From positions 385,185-449,184 of the forward strand of contig CALVZK010000001.1 of NCBI GenBank assembly GCA_944372505.1: DNA of 64,000 nt, read 5' to 3'. Positions 29,611 to 38,488 of this stretch are shown here, piece by piece. How positions within the stretch are numbered: the stretch's first letter is position 1; every line of letters starts with the position of its first letter. Both the position numbers and the translations under genes were made by a program. The notes beneath the pieces are model-generated. The model was given only the letters and a program-made list of their open reading frames with translations. It was not told where the DNA came from and did no database searches. This stretch comes from an uncultured Clostridia bacterium (lineage in GTDB: Bacteria > Bacillota > Clostridia > Christensenellales > UBA1242).

Positions 29611-30704
29611 TTTGCCCACCAAAAAGAACTTATTTGAGGACTTTCATAAAATTCGGCATCAACGGTCATTCCTGTCAACCACTTTATAAGTCTAACATCA
29701 GAAGTCGTCAAAATTTGATCAGTTTTAATTATTTTTCCACTTATCTTACTGCAATCACTTGTAGGAAATTCACAAATCCCCTTTTTCTTTAAAATACATT
29801 CGTGATTCTGTTTTGTTATTATTTCAAAATCAAAAGGGAGCAAATTTTTACTCACAATAGGGATATTATTTTTAAATCTTTTGCATTTTTCTTCCATAGG
29901 ACATCCACAACAACCAACTTCATTCGGTCGATAATAATGGGCATTATAATCTCGTTCTAAATTGTGAACGTATGAAAACAAACAAGATGTCTTTTTAAAA
30001 ATTGGAACATTATATTTTTTTGCAATATCACAAAATAATTTTTCTTTTTCTTGAGAAATTATTTTTTTATGGCCAAACTTGTAACCTGGGTAAGGATTTA
30101 AATTAATATTATTTTTTTCCCAAAACTCAACACTTTCTTTTTTACCTTGTAGCCCGCTGTAACCAACTGCTAATTTATATTTTTTAGCCATCCTTAAAAC
30201 AAATTTAAAGCTCTTTTTATCATCATTGATATTATAACAAATTGGTCTGAATTCAATTGAATATTTGTAATTATATTTTCTTTTTTTTATTTGTTTTAAA
30301 TTGTTTTTAAACATTTTTATATTTGAACCATCAAATTTGCTATTTTTACCAAATGTAGAAAATGCTATATGTAAATCTAAATCAAAACTTCTGTCTGGAA
30401 ATTTTGAAAAATCTCCTTTAGTTATAATTATTACAGGTCCTGAATGTTTCACCTTCTCAAGTTTTTCAAGAAGTTTTATTGTATTTTCTGTTTGCAAAAA
30501 AGGATCTCCATAAAATAAATTTACAGCAACTGGTATTTTATTAAATTGAGGATTAATTTCGGTAGGTAATACAAAAAAAGATTGTTTTTTTACTTTATCA
30601 CACAAAACTCTACAATAACTGCAATCATAACAATATTCTAAAGATTGACCTAATAACATAAAAGACTTAGCAAATAATGCTTCTTGGATTAAATTATTGT
30701 TCAT
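29607..30704 (-). CDS. Cys-rich SplB/COG1533-like radical-SAM-family protein with a non-canonical CX2CX2CX3C motif
   Basis: EYCYDCSYCRVLC cluster motif, GDPFLQTE...PVIIITKG resembling the DPYQP.E...ITK signature of COG1533, and extra C-terminal Cys clusters (CCGCPMEEKC, CEFPTSDC). The start is at 30704, behind a GAGGAG RBS; the ORF track extends to 30728. Confidence 0.4.
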   Translation of the reverse strand: MNNNLIQEALFAKSFMLLGQSLEYCYDCSYCRVLCDKVKKQSFFVLPTEINPQFNKIPVAVNLFYGDPFLQTENTIKLLEKLEKVKHSGPVIIITKGDFSKFPDRSFDLDLHIAFSTFGKNSKFDGSNIKMFKNNLKQIKKRKYNYKYSIEFRPICYNINDDKKSFKFVLRMAKKYKLAVGYSGLQGKKESVEFWEKNNINLNPYPGYKFGHKKIISQEKEKLFCDIAKKYNVPIFKKTSCLFSYVHNLERDYNAHYYRPNEVGCCGCPMEEKCKRFKNNIPIVSKNLLPFDFEIITKQNHECILKKKGICEFPTSDCSKISGKIIKTDQILTTSDVRLIKWLTGMTVDAEFYESPQISSFWWAK

Positions 30705-30764
30705 ATATATTAGCTCCTCGTTAAGCATTATAAATCAATTTTTAGAGTTTGTAAAATACATTTA

Positions 30765-30784
30765 TTGTTAGAATATCATAACAA
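30765..30784. promoter_or_regulatory. Perfect inverted repeat TTGTTA-N8-TAACAA (candidate LysR operator)
   Basis: Read directly. It lies between the LysR stop (30796) and the radical-SAM-like start. Confidence 0.35.
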
Positions 30785-30795
30785 AAAAGATATAG

Positions 30796-31701
30796 TTATA
30801 AATCTATATTTAAATAAGTCTCGATGAAAAATCTAGATATTTTGCTTAAATTATTATTTTCATACGCCAAACATATTTCTGTTAAAGGTAAATTATCTTT
30901 AATAGGTAAAACCATTAATTCTCCTCTTTTTACATCATCTTTTATTAAATCTTCTATTACATATCCGATTCCTGCGCCTTTCTTAACAGCTCCTATAATC
31001 ATCTCGCTAGTATGAATATTTAAAATATTTTTTAAACTTATATTTTTAGTATGTAATAATTCATTTAACATTTTACGATTTGCTGTATCTGGAACTGGAA
31101 GAATAATAGGAAAATTCTCTAATTCATTTAAATTAGTGATTTTTTTTATAGAAGGGATAGCAAATTGATTAGAGACAAAAAAACAATTTTTATACTCTTG
31201 TATTTTTTTTATTGTTAAATTCTTCAAACTTGTATTTATTGGAGCAGTATCTATTATAAAATCTATTTCATGTTGATTTAACAAATTAATAAGCTGTGAT
31301 GTTGATTTACTAACTATAAGTATATCTATAGTTGGGTATATTTTATGAAATTTTGCAATTTCATCAAATAATTTTAAAATGCCTATTTGACTTGGTACAC
31401 CAATATAAAGTCTTCCTCTTTTTAAATTATCCGACTCCCCTATTTTTATTTCTGTACTATTTAAAATTTCAAAAATATTACTCACACTTTCGTATAAAAT
31501 AAGCCCTTTTTCAGTTAACTCTACACCATTTAACGAACGATAAAATAATTGAGAATTATAAATGTTTTCTAGTTGCTTTATAGCTCTGCTAATAGATGGT
31601 TGAGACGTATAATACTTTTCTGCAGTTTTAGTAATACTTTTTTCTCTTGCTACGTTATAAAAAGTCTTTAATAAATTTAAATTCATCTCGTCTGTTTTCA
31701 C
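30796..31701 (-). CDS. LysR-family transcriptional regulator
   Basis: N-terminal wHTH (LLKTFYNVAREKSITKTAEKYYTSQPSISRAIKQLE) and a C-terminal substrate-binding domain. The start is GTG behind AAGGAG, or an ATG 5 codons downstream. Confidence 0.9.
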   Translation of the reverse strand: MKTDEMNLNLLKTFYNVAREKSITKTAEKYYTSQPSISRAIKQLENIYNSQLFYRSLNGVELTEKGLILYESVSNIFEILNSTEIKIGESDNLKRGRLYIGVPSQIGILKLFDEIAKFHKIYPTIDILIVSKSTSQLINLLNQHEIDFIIDTAPINTSLKNLTIKKIQEYKNCFFVSNQFAIPSIKKITNLNELENFPIILPVPDTANRKMLNELLHTKNISLKNILNIHTSEMIIGAVKKGAGIGYVIEDLIKDDVKRGELMVLPIKDNLPLTEICLAYENNNLSKISRFFIETYLNIDL

Positions 31702-31735
31702 ATTTTCTCCTTATTTTTAAAAATTCATATTCATT

Positions 31736-32443
31736 TTAAAAAGAATTCTCTTCATCTGTTAATGATGTAATAAATATTTTTTTAAAAACGGGAATTAAAT
31801 CCTCTAAATCATTTAAATTCCTAAAGACGATATTCCATTTCAATTTATTATTTACATCAACATTGTCTGGATTTACGCATATAGTTTTGCAACCCGATAA
31901 ATATGCCCATTCATCATTGTCTCCATTCCCAATAAAACATATATCTTCACCTTTTAAACAATTTCTTTCTTTTAATTTTTCAATAAATGTCGCTTTATGC
32001 TCGTAATCAAATTCTGTACCTCTTATATAATCTAAATAATTTTCATTATTAAAAACAAAAACATTTGCGTTTATTGAATCAAAATATTTTGTATTCTCAC
32101 CTAAAACATCTTCTATAACGGATTTTATTCCTCCGCTTACTAAATGTAAAGAAACTCCTTTCTTTTTTAAAAATTCTAAAAGATTTTTAATGCCTGGCAA
32201 TAATCTAATTTTTGTAGAAATATTATCAATAAATTTTTTATTTAAATTAAATTTTTTAAAAGCTTGACATGTCAAATCACACCATTGCTGGTAATTGATT
32301 TCTTTTCTAATAAATTTAGAATATAAGTTTGAATATAAAGATCCGGCAGACACATCATAGCCTAGCCCCTCCCAAATACTTCTCCAAATATTAGAATTTT
32401 TATAAGTCAATGTTCCATCAAAATCAAAAATAATTGCTTTCAT
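31736..32443 (-). CDS. HAD-IB (SerB-like) family phosphatase
   Basis: IIFDFDGTLT motif I, VSGG motif II and GNGDNDE motif IV. The start was set at MKAII (32443), behind an AGGAGA RBS. Confidence 0.85.
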   Translation of the reverse strand: MKAIIFDFDGTLTYKNSNIWRSIWEGLGYDVSAGSLYSNLYSKFIRKEINYQQWCDLTCQAFKKFNLNKKFIDNISTKIRLLPGIKNLLEFLKKKGVSLHLVSGGIKSVIEDVLGENTKYFDSINANVFVFNNENYLDYIRGTEFDYEHKATFIEKLKERNCLKGEDICFIGNGDNDEWAYLSGCKTICVNPDNVDVNNKLKWNIVFRNLNDLEDLIPVFKKIFITSLTDEENSF

Positions 32444-32602
32444 GTTTTCTCCTAAAAAATTATAACACACATAAAATAATATTTCAATAAGCATTTTTTC
32501 TAGAATTGTTTACAAGTTTATTTTGTTGAACTATTCCACTGTTTAAATAATTATTTAATGATTAGACTAAATAAAATTTATTCTGCTAATTTGATTAAAT
32601 AT

Positions 32603-32631
32603 TTGAAATACCTGTTTTTATCCGCTATAAT
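32603..32631 (+). promoter_or_regulatory. Sigma-A promoter TTGAAA-N17-TATAAT
   Basis: Read directly; 19 nt upstream of the ATAGGAGA RBS and the ATG at 32651. Confidence 0.65.
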
Positions 32632-32650
32632 GAAAAAATAGGAGAAAATT

Positions 32651-33679
32651 ATGGCACTTAAATATTATGAAGATAATATTATTGATAAAAATAGAAAATC
32701 AATTTTTCTTGCAGGCCCTACTCCACGAACTAAAGATATTAAAAGTTGGAGACCTTTAGCAATCAAAATCTTAAGAAAATTAAAATTCGATGGCGATATT
32801 TACATTCCTGAATCTAAATCTGGTATGTATGGAAAAGATCTCAAATTAGACTTTAAATATATTTTTGATTGGGAATTAGAACATTTATCTAGAGCAGATG
32901 CAATTTGTTTTTGGATTCCTCGCGAATTAAATACAATGCCGGCTTTTACTACGAATGTAGAATTTGGATATCATATCAAATCAAGAAAGATAATTTACGG
33001 AAGACCAGAAAATACACCAGAAACTCGTTATTTAGATTGTTTATATGAAAAAGAGTATGAACAACGTCCTTGCAAATCTCTTGAAGAAACATTAAAAAAA
33101 TGTGTAAATAATTTAACAAATAACTCTAAAAAAACATTTTTTACGTCGGATACTCATTTTAGTCAAATAAGGACACTAAAATATTTTAGACGTCCTTTTA
33201 AAAATGTTCAAGAGATGAATCAAACAATTGTATGTAATTGGAATAAAATCGTAAATAAAAATGATTTAATATACCATCTTGGTGACTTTGGAGATTTAAA
33301 ATTTGTAGAAAAGTTAAACGGAAATATAATTTTAATTCTTGGCAATTATGAAATTAAAGATATGAAAGAAAACTTTAATAATAATTTTAAAGAATATAAA
33401 AAATATTTAATTTCATTAGGTTTTAAAGATGTTATAAAAAAAGGTAAAATAATTACACTTTCAAATCCAAAAGAAAAAATTTATTTAACACATAGACCGA
33501 CCGATTGTAATGAAACATTATTTAATTTATTTGGTCATATACATAATTTATGTAAGGTTAAAAAATTCGGATTAAATGTAGGAACAGATTGTTTTAATTA
33601 TCTCCCTGTCTCAATAGAAGAAGTACTTTTTTTTAAACAAGCAATTGAAAAGTATTATGATCAAGATGTTTTTGTTTAA
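32651..33679 (+). CDS. Fusion of a nucleoside 2-deoxyribosyltransferase-like domain and a COG4186-type metallophosphoesterase
   Basis: N-terminal half: IFLAGP...WELEHLSRADAICFWIPR...TTNVEFGY. C-terminal half: FFTSDTHF, NWN, HLGDFGD, GNYE (His to Tyr in motif III) and GHIHN. Confidence 0.7.
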   Translation: MALKYYEDNIIDKNRKSIFLAGPTPRTKDIKSWRPLAIKILRKLKFDGDIYIPESKSGMYGKDLKLDFKYIFDWELEHLSRADAICFWIPRELNTMPAFTTNVEFGYHIKSRKIIYGRPENTPETRYLDCLYEKEYEQRPCKSLEETLKKCVNNLTNNSKKTFFTSDTHFSQIRTLKYFRRPFKNVQEMNQTIVCNWNKIVNKNDLIYHLGDFGDLKFVEKLNGNIILILGNYEIKDMKENFNNNFKEYKKYLISLGFKDVIKKGKIITLSNPKEKIYLTHRPTDCNETLFNLFGHIHNLCKVKKFGLNVGTDCFNYLPVSIEEVLFFKQAIEKYYDQDVFV

Positions 33680-33842
33680 TTAACTCATGAAACATAAATT
33701 AATCCAATTTACAAAAAATAATTTTATATAAAAATAAATATTTATTTTAAATTATGATAAAAAATAAAAAACATTAACTCGTAAGACTACACATAAAATT
33801 GAAAATTTATAAATAAAAAATTATAAAACTTATAATACTTTT

Positions 33843-33917
33843 TGGTGCGTCTAGAAGGACTCGAACCCTCGATAATCGATCCGAAGTCGATTGTGATATC
33901 CACTTCACCATAGACGC
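33843..33917 (-). tRNA. tRNA-Arg (anticodon UCG)
   Basis: Hand-folded: acceptor gcgtcta/tagacgc (perfect), D arm gtga/tcac, anticodon stem atcga/tcgat with loop ctTCGga, T arm gaggg-ttcgagt-ccttc, encoded CCA. Confidence 0.88.
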
Positions 33918-33949
33918 ATATTAGATTTTGCTTTTCGCAAAATCTCTTT

Positions 33950-34822
33950 TTATATTATTTGAAAACAATTATTTTTAAATATTATTGCTCCACTTCTTTT
34001 ATTTTCTTTGATAATTCCAACAGCTTTTTTTGCAAAATTTTTAGCATAAAATAATTCTTTTGCAGTTGGTTTTGTTCCTCTTTGTAAATATCCAACTATT
34101 ACTCCCCTGATCTCTACATTTGATGTATATTTTTTAAGATTTATTATAAATTGATTTATATCTATAATACGTTCTTTAATAATAATTGATGTTGCCTTTT
34201 CTTTCTTGTAATTTTCGTTTATTATTTCAGCAAATTTTTTATAATTTATATCATTTTCATTTGAAATAATCAAATCGCAACTAACATATTTTTGAACCTC
34301 TTTTGCAATTTTATCACAATTTCTTCCCATTACCTCAAAGATACAGCATCTTTTAAAAGCTTCTATTGTTGGCATAGTATTCTTTATATAAGACACACAA
34401 GCATTAACTGCAGTGTCAAATCCTTGACTATAATCGCTTATTTCAACATCATTATCAATTGTAGAAGGAATAAATACCGTTTTTACTCCATTTTGAGTTA
34501 AATCATTACAGCCTTTAAAAGAACCATTTCCTCCTAAAACAACTACATAATCAAACTGTTTTGCATTTTCGAGTGCTTTGTTAAAATATTTTTTTGTTTT
34601 AAATTCAGGACATCTAGAACATTTAATACAACTGCCTGCTTCATTCTCGTACCTTTTAGGTTCAAATACTTCTACTTTACAAATTTCATTGTTTATTAAT
34701 CCTTTAAATCCCTCTTTGCAAGCATAAAGATTTTCTTTGAATTTTTTATATAATACAGATATTACTTTATTCATGCCAGGGGCATCGCCACCGCTTGTCA
34801 AAATCAAAACTTTCATTTTCAT
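33950..34822 (-). CDS. pfkA: ATP-dependent 6-phosphofructokinase
   Basis: LTSGGDAPGMN, GGNGS, PSTIDND and EVMGR motifs; 290 aa, which is short. Confidence 0.9.
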   Translation of the reverse strand: MKMKVLILTSGGDAPGMNKVISVLYKKFKENLYACKEGFKGLINNEICKVEVFEPKRYENEAGSCIKCSRCPEFKTKKYFNKALENAKQFDYVVVLGGNGSFKGCNDLTQNGVKTVFIPSTIDNDVEISDYSQGFDTAVNACVSYIKNTMPTIEAFKRCCIFEVMGRNCDKIAKEVQKYVSCDLIISNENDINYKKFAEIINENYKKEKATSIIIKERIIDINQFIINLKKYTSNVEIRGVIVGYLQRGTKPTAKELFYAKNFAKKAVGIIKENKRSGAIIFKNNCFQII

Positions 34823-34837
34823 TCCTTTATTTTATAA

Positions 34838-37800
34838 TTATATTTTTATTATAACATTTTCTTCGCCTAAAAGTCCAATTAATTCGTTTTTTAAATAATT
34901 ATTCACATCGACTTTTGTGTTGAATGAAAAAGCCTTGTTAGAAGAAGTACATTTTATAATTATAGATGATTTGCCTGGATAATAAGATATAACTTTTTTA
35001 ATTTTTTCATATAAATCGATATCTTTTGTATCAAATCTTAAATAAACTGTCTGGTTTTCATTTGCTTGTTCTAATTTTTCCCATTCTTTAATATTTTCCG
35101 CTATTACGACTGGGGATTTTCCATCTCTTATAGAAAGCTTACCTTTAATGGTTACAAGATTATCTTCAAATATTAAATCTTTATATTTTGCGAACAATTT
35201 ATTAAATAACATTACATCATATGTCCCATAAATGTCTTCTATTGTTATAAATGCCATATTCCCACTTTTTGTATTTATTTTTTTGACATTTGTAATAATT
35301 CCTCCACCTAAAACTGGTTGCCCATCTTGAACTTCACTTTGCTGTTCTAAATCTTCTTCATTATTATAAAAAGAATTGTCAAAATTTGAAGTTGATCCAT
35401 CTTCATCAGTGCTCATTTCATCATCTTGATCAACTTGTAAAGCTGCTATCATATCACTTGTAAAATTAAATTCATCATATTTATGTAAATAATCATCTAG
35501 AGGATGTCCTGAAAGATAGATCCCGACATATTCTTTTTCAAAATGCAATAAAGAGTCTTTATTATATTCCTTAATATTAGGCAAAGATACTTTGGATGCA
35601 GATTTTGTTTCTTCCTCAAAAGAATCAAACATCGAAAATTGACCAGTGGCTTTATATTTTCTGTCATTATTTACCATATCCATATACGTTTGGTATACGT
35701 CCATAAGCTGTGATCGAAAAACTTTGAAACAAGTAAAGGCACCACTAAGAATTAAACTTTCCATTGATTTTTTATTTAACGAATTATTATTTATTCTTCT
35801 AATAAAATCTTCAATATCTTTAAACTCGCCATTTTTTAATCTTTCCTCCACAATACAATCAATTAATCCCGTTCCTACGTGTTTTAGCGCACCAAGACCA
35901 AATCTAATTCCATTACCTTCTACTTTAAATTCAGTAAAAGATTTATTTATATCCGGAGGTAAAATTTCAAAGCCCTCTTTTCTAGCATAATTAGTATATT
36001 TTTTTATAGCATCGGCATTAGTAATTCTATTATTTAAAACTGCAGTGAGATATTCTTTTTCATAATGTGCTTTAAGATATCCCGTTTGATAAGATACATA
36101 AGCATAGGCTGCCGCATGTGATTTATTAAAAGCATAACCCGCAAATTTAGCCATTTGATCAAAAACCTTTTCAGATACTTTTTCATCATGCCCTAATGCT
36201 AGAGCCCCTGGTATAGGATTTTTTTTGCCAGAAGGATCTATTTGCCCATAAATAAATTTTTTCTTTTCTGGTGGCAATTTTTCAGGTTTTTTCTTGGACA
36301 TAATTCTTCTAACATTATCTGCTCCACCCAAACTAAATCCTGCCATAACTTGAAATATCTTCATAACTTGTTCTTGATAAACAATGCACCCATAAGTATT
36401 TCTTAAAATTGGTTCAAGACATGGATCTTCATATACTATGCTTTCAGGTTCTTTCTTCCCTTTAATAAACCTTGGAATGAAATCCATCGGCCCAGGTCGG
36501 TACAATGATATTCCAGCTATGATATCTTCTAAACAAGTAGGTTGAAGTTCCATCATGAACTTTTTCATACCACCACTTTCTAATTGAAAGACTGCTTCAG
36601 TATTGCCAGAACTAATCAATTCAAATACGGCTGGATCATCGTAAGACATTTTTGAAAAATCAATGTCAACTCCATAATCTTCTTTAATATATTTTATAGC
36701 TTTATGAATATCGGTAAGTGTTCTAAGCCCTAAAAAGTCAAATTTAAGTAACCCTAATTGCTCTAACTCTGTCATGTCAAATTGAGTTATTTCATCTTCT
36801 CCACTTTTTGCCATAGGGACATGATCATAAACTGGATCCGGAGCAATTAAGACACCGGCCGCATGCATTGAAATATTTCGAGGGACTCCCTCAAGTTTAA
36901 TTGCCATATCAATGATCTTTTTCACCTGTGGATCTTCATCATAAATAGCACGTAACTCAGGAATAATAAATTGTTTATCTTCATCTTTATTAGTTGTCCC
37001 AAAATAATATTTTAAAACTGGAGGTTTTTTAACAGGTTTATTAGGAATTTCTTTAGTTATTTTATCTACCTCTGAATAAGGGAACCTTAAAACTCGTGCA
37101 ACATCTTTAATCGCATTTTTTGCCTGCATATTCCCATAAGTTACAATATTAGAAACATGATCTTGCCCATAACGACGTTTAGCATACTCTATAACTTCTC
37201 TTCTCCTATCCATACAAAAATCGACGTCAAAGTCCGGCATAGAAACACGCTCAGGATTAATAAATCTATCAAAGAATAATTCATATTTCATCGGATCAAC
37301 TTCAGTAATACCTGTACAATAGGCTACTAAACTTCCTGCTCCAGAGCCTCTGCCCGGTCCAACAGGAATATCATTTTGTTTTGCAAAATTTATATAATCC
37401 CAAACAATTAAGAAATATTCAACATACCCTAACTTTTTTATAGTTTCAAGTTCCATTTTCATTCTATCTTCAAACTCTTGAGGAATTTGTTTATACTTTT
37501 TTTTCAATCCCTCCCATGCAAGTCTTGATAAAAATTCATATGAACTTTCACCAGTGTCTGGTATATACTTCGGAATGAAATTTTCAGTAGCACCTAATTT
37601 ATCTTCATCAGGAATTAAATTATTCCCGTTTTCTGCTGCCTCTCTTAAAGACTTCGTTTTTATGGACACATGACATTTATTGGCGATTTCTAATGTCCTA
37701 TCTAATGCTTCTTCATATCCAGGCAATGCTTCTAACATTTCTTCATAAGTTTTAAGATAAAGCTCTTGCGTTTCGAATTTCATTCTATCGGGATCATCAT

Positions 37801-38476
37801 AAGTTTTCCCCATTTGAACACACATTAAAACATCTTGAAGTTCAGCATCTTCCTTATTTAGATAATGTACATCATTTGTTGCAACAAGAGGTATATCTAA
37901 TCTTTTACTCATTTCGGTGAGTTTAATTATAACTTCTTTATCTTCAATAAGATTATGATTTTGTATTTCTAGATAAAAATCATCTTTAAATAAATTTTTA
38001 AACCACAAAGCTAGTTTATCCGCTTCGTCATATTGTCTTTTTAAAATATATTGTGCAATATGACCTGCCAAACAAGCAGATAAACAAATCAGCCCTTCAC
38101 TATATTTTTCAAGGAGTTTATAATCTATTCTTGGTTTATAATACATTCCATCTAAATAAGAAAGAGATGAAAGTTTTAATAAATTATGATAACCTACATT
38201 ATTTTTGGCAATTAATATTAAATGCCCCGTATCATCTCTATTTGACCTAGACTTCATGTCATGACAAATATAAAATTCTTCACCAATAATAGGCTTGATT
38301 CCTTTTTGAATACAGGCTTCAAAAAATTTTATAGCACCATGCATATTGCCATGATCTGTTATAGCAACCGCACTCCAACCCCTTTCTTTAACTATATCAA
38401 CAAGTTTATTAATTCTAGCAAGTCCATCAAGTAAACTATATTCAGTGTGTAAGTGCAAGTGCACAAAATCTTTCAT
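34838..38476 (-). CDS. dnaE: DNA polymerase III alpha subunit (DnaE type)
   Basis: N-terminal PHP domain (FVHLHLHTEYSLLDG), PDFDVDF catalytic motif and C-terminal OB region; 1212 aa. Confidence 0.95.
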   Translation of the reverse strand: MKDFVHLHLHTEYSLLDGLARINKLVDIVKERGWSAVAITDHGNMHGAIKFFEACIQKGIKPIIGEEFYICHDMKSRSNRDDTGHLILIAKNNVGYHNLLKLSSLSYLDGMYYKPRIDYKLLEKYSEGLICLSACLAGHIAQYILKRQYDEADKLALWFKNLFKDDFYLEIQNHNLIEDKEVIIKLTEMSKRLDIPLVATNDVHYLNKEDAELQDVLMCVQMGKTYDDPDRMKFETQELYLKTYEEMLEALPGYEEALDRTLEIANKCHVSIKTKSLREAAENGNNLIPDEDKLGATENFIPKYIPDTGESSYEFLSRLAWEGLKKKYKQIPQEFEDRMKMELETIKKLGYVEYFLIVWDYINFAKQNDIPVGPGRGSGAGSLVAYCTGITEVDPMKYELFFDRFINPERVSMPDFDVDFCMDRRREVIEYAKRRYGQDHVSNIVTYGNMQAKNAIKDVARVLRFPYSEVDKITKEIPNKPVKKPPVLKYYFGTTNKDEDKQFIIPELRAIYDEDPQVKKIIDMAIKLEGVPRNISMHAAGVLIAPDPVYDHVPMAKSGEDEITQFDMTELEQLGLLKFDFLGLRTLTDIHKAIKYIKEDYGVDIDFSKMSYDDPAVFELISSGNTEAVFQLESGGMKKFMMELQPTCLEDIIAGISLYRPGPMDFIPRFIKGKKEPESIVYEDPCLEPILRNTYGCIVYQEQVMKIFQVMAGFSLGGADNVRRIMSKKKPEKLPPEKKKFIYGQIDPSGKKNPIPGALALGHDEKVSEKVFDQMAKFAGYAFNKSHAAAYAYVSYQTGYLKAHYEKEYLTAVLNNRITNADAIKKYTNYARKEGFEILPPDINKSFTEFKVEGNGIRFGLGALKHVGTGLIDCIVEERLKNGEFKDIEDFIRRINNNSLNKKSMESLILSGAFTCFKVFRSQLMDVYQTYMDMVNNDRKYKATGQFSMFDSFEEETKSASKVSLPNIKEYNKDSLLHFEKEYVGIYLSGHPLDDYLHKYDEFNFTSDMIAALQVDQDDEMSTDEDGSTSNFDNSFYNNEEDLEQQSEVQDGQPVLGGGIITNVKKINTKSGNMAFITIEDIYGTYDVMLFNKLFAKYKDLIFEDNLVTIKGKLSIRDGKSPVVIAENIKEWEKLEQANENQTVYLRFDTKDIDLYEKIKKVISYYPGKSSIIIKCTSSNKAFSFNTKVDVNNYLKNELIGLLGEENVIIKI

Positions 38477-38488
38477 AAAGCCCCCTAA

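Noticed and set aside
26105-33842. Classical integrative element or prophage remnant at a tRNA gene
   Set aside because: There is no integrase, recombinase or phage structural gene, and I found no direct repeat of the tRNA-Pro or tRNA-Arg 3-prime ends within the island. It is reported as a tRNA-bounded variable region instead.
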